A DNA stretch of 64,000 nt from Polyangiaceae bacterium (GTDB taxonomy: Bacteria > Myxococcota_A > Polyangia > Polyangiales > Polyangiaceae): the NCBI GenBank assembly GCA_965222375.1, contig CBDCTZ010000005.1, positions 512,001 to 576,000 on the forward strand, in the 5' to 3' direction. Positions 61,576 through 64,000 of the stretch are shown piece by piece. The translations under genes and the position numbers were made by a program. A model generated the notes under the pieces. It did no database searches. It had not been told where the DNA came from and saw only the letters and a program-made list of their open reading frames with translations. How positions within the stretch are numbered: position 1 is the first letter of the stretch; each line of letters starts with the position of its first letter.

Positions 61576-64000
61576 ACCGTCGTCGGATCGAGTTTCTCCG
61601 GGGGAAACCCGAAGTCGTCCAAAGCTTCCTGAACGACGGCTGCGTCGAGCTTGCCGTCCAGGCGCAACGCGTCCATTGCCGCCAAGGCGATACTCTCTGC
61701 GTCCACTTCGAAATGGCGCCGCAGCGCTTCGCGTGTGTCACTCATGCCGAACCCATCCGTACCCAGCGGAACCATTCGCCCCGGAATGAAGCGAGCGAGT
61801 TGGTCTGCGAGAGACTTCATGTAGTCACTTGCAGCAACACAAGGCCCCTTCGCGGATGAGAGCACCTGGCTGATGTAGGGAACCTTCGCCGGCTCCGTCG
61901 GGTGAAGGCGATTGTGGCGCTCGCAAGCCATGGCATCTCGTCGGAGTTCGTTGTAGCTGGTCACACACCACACGTTGGCTGCGACGCCACGCTTGGCCAA
62001 GATTTCCTGGGCGCGCAGCACTTCATTCATGATGGAACCCGAGCCGAACAGCTGCACGCTCTGCTTAGCCCTTTTCAAGCTCGAAGCCTTGTAGGGATAG
62101 ATGCCGCGCAGTATCCCCTCTCGCACGCCTTCAGGCATCGCGGGCATGACGTAGTTCTCGTTCTGGAGCGTGATGTAGTAGAAGACTCTTTCCTCCTCTG
62201 CGTACATTCGCCGAATCCCCTCTTGGATGACCACTGCTAGCTCGTAGGCGAAAGTAATGTCGTAGCTCACGCAGGACGGAAGGGTGCTTGCCAGCACCTG
62301 GCTATGCCCGTCCTGGTGCTGCAGCCCTTCGCCGTTGAGGGTGGTTCGCCCCGCCGTCGCCCCCAGAACGAAACCACGGGCCATGGCGTCGCCGGCGGCC
62401 CAAAGCAGGTCCCCGGTCCGCTGGAAGCCGAACATCGAATACAAGATATAGAAAGGAATCATCGGCTGGGCCTGCATCGCGTAGCTGGTACCCGCCGCGA
62501 TGAAGCTGGCCGTGGAGCCGGCCTCCGTGATGCCCTCTTCCAACACCTGACCGTCCTTACTCTCCCGATAAAAGAGCAACTTGCCCTTGTCGACGGGTTC
62601 GTAGAGCTGGCCCTTGGACGAGTAGATCCCGACTTGAGAGAACAGCGCGTCCATGCCGAAGGTGCGAGCTTCATCGGGAATGATGGGCACGATTCGCTCG
62701 CCAACTCGCTTGTCCCGCAGAAGCTTGCTCAGCATTCGGGCGAAGGCCATGGTGGTGCTGGCCTCACCGCTGCCTGTGCCTTCTAGAAACTCGTTGAAGA
62801 GTTCTTCCCGGGGCAGCTCAATCCGCACCTGCACCCGATCTCGCCGCTTGGGGATCACACCGCCCAGCGCTTGACGATGCTCGAGCATGTACTCCACTTC
62901 CGGACTGTTGAGCCCCGGGTGGTAGAAGGGGGCATCTTCGAGCTCGGCATCGGGCACCGGGAGGTGAAGCACGTCGCGGAACTTCTTGAGTTCCTCGGCC
63001 TCCATCTTCTTCTTCTGGTGAGTCACGTTGGAGGCCTCGAAGCTCTCACCGAGGGTCCAGCCTTTGACGGTATGCGCGAGAATGACCGTGGGCTGCCCCT
63101 TGTGCTCCGTCGCTCTCTTGAACGCCGCGTACACCTTGCGATAGCTATGACCGCCTCGACGCAGCTTGCGGATCTCCTCGTCGGACAGGTGAGCCACCAT
63201 GTGAAGAAGCCGCGGGTCAACACCGAAAAAGTTCTTGCGTGTGTAGGCGCCTTCTTCGGCGGCGTACTTCTGCCATTGTCCGTCTACCACCTCGTTCATT
63301 CGCCGACGCAATACGCCGTCCGTGTCCTGCTCCAGTAATGCGTCCCACTCAGGCCCCCAGATCACTTTCAGCACGTTCCAGCCAGCTCCACGGAACACGG
63401 CCTCGAGCTCCTGAATGATCTTGCCGTTGCCCCGCACCGGCCCATCGAGGCGCTGCAGGTTGCAGTTGATAACGAAAGTCAGGTTATCCAGCGACTCCCG
63501 CGCGGCGATGCTCAAGCTGCCGAGGGATTCGGGTTCGTCAGTCTCGCCATCCCCAAGGAAGGCCCACACGCGGCTCGAGCTGGTGTCAGCAATACCGCGC
63601 CCTTGCAGGTAGCGTAGAAAGCGCGCGTGGTAGATGGCGTTGAGCGGCCCAAGGCCCATGCTCACCGTTGGGAACTCCCAGAAGTTGGACATCAACCGGG
63701 GGTGCGGATAGCTCGATAGCCCACGGCCCCGCTCCGTTTCTTGCCGGAAGCGCTCCATAGCTTCCACGGATAGGCGACCTTCAAGGAACGCGCGAGAGTA
63801 AACGCCGGGAGCAGCGTGACCTTGAAAGTAGACTTGATCGCCGATTTGCCCTTCAGCATCGCGGCCCCGAAAAAAGTGGTTGAAGCCCACTTCGTACAAG
63901 CTGGCGCTCGAGGCGTATGTCGATAGATGGCCGCCAATCCCATGGTGCTCCACGTTCGCGCGGTGCACCATGGCCACGGCATTCCAACGGATGATGCGCC
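61572..64000 (-). CDS. aceE: Pyruvate dehydrogenase E1, homodimeric type (5' end outside the window)
   Basis: GGHLSTYAS, YFQGHAAPG, SSYPHP, FPTVSMGLG, GDGETDEPE, NCNLQRLDGPV, PDEARTFGM, GEGLQHQDG. The frame stays open to the window edge. Confidence 0.97.
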   Translation of the reverse strand, partial: RIIRWNAVAMVHRANVEHHGIGGHLSTYASSASLYEVGFNHFFRGRDAEGQIGDQVYFQGHAAPGVYSRAFLEGRLSVEAMERFRQETERGRGLSSYPHPRLMSNFWEFPTVSMGLGPLNAIYHARFLRYLQGRGIADTSSSRVWAFLGDGETDEPESLGSLSIAARESLDNLTFVINCNLQRLDGPVRGNGKIIQELEAVFRGAGWNVLKVIWGPEWDALLEQDTDGVLRRRMNEVVDGQWQKYAAEEGAYTRKNFFGVDPRLLHMVAHLSDEEIRKLRRGGHSYRKVYAAFKRATEHKGQPTVILAHTVKGWTLGESFEASNVTHQKKKMEAEELKKFRDVLHLPVPDAELEDAPFYHPGLNSPEVEYMLEHRQALGGVIPKRRDRVQVRIELPREELFNEFLEGTGSGEASTTMAFARMLSKLLRDKRVGERIVPIIPDEARTFGMDALFSQVGIYSSKGQLYEPVDKGKLLFYRESKDGQVLEEGITEAGSTASFIAAGTSYAMQAQPMIPFYILYSMFGFQRTGDLLWAAGDAMARGFVLGATAGRTTLNGEGLQHQDGHSQVLASTLPSCVSYDITFAYELAVVIQEGIRRMYAEEERVFYYITLQNENYVMPAMPEGVREGILRGIYPYKASSLKRAKQSVQLFGSGSIMNEVLRAQEILAKRGVAANVWCVTSYNELRRDAMACERHNRLHPTEPAKVPYISQVLSSAKGPCVAASDYMKSLADQLARFIPGRMVPLGTDGFGMSDTREALRRHFEVDAESIALAAMDALRLDGKLDAAVVQEALDDFGFPPEKLDPTTV

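Overview
GC-rich bacterial chromosomal segment, most consistent with a myxobacterium of Polyangiales type. This is inferred from a MYXO-CTERM-like tail, a kinase/TPR pair, a DUF1592/DUF1552 pair and Gly-rich lipoproteins. It is mostly housekeeping: ddl, dCMP deaminase, hisZ-purA, obgE, prs-rplY-pth-rpsF-rpsR-rplI-dnaB, a branched-chain-type 2-oxoacid dehydrogenase E1a/E1b/E2 with lipA, mtnA, a partial complex I cluster (nuoABCD-G-H-I) followed by gatB, mutY, a uup-like ABC-F and a partial aceE. Uncharacterised secreted and TPR proteins are interspersed. I saw no rRNA, tRNA, CRISPR array, transposase, integrase or reverse transcriptase. The most notable observations are: a ~180-nt multi-branched structured intergenic element (12322-12507); a NuoH with a ~155-aa multi-helix membrane insertion; a small Cys-cluster lipoprotein with three xYGxP motifs (candidate radical-SAM splicease substrate); a Kazal-like gene facing a trypsin-like protease; phased DnaA-box-like 9-mers before dnaB; and repeated -10 boxes 6-9 nt before start codons. 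Three genes are broken by indels or a stop, which may be real lesions or sequencing errors. All family calls come from reading motifs by eye; no database search was run.
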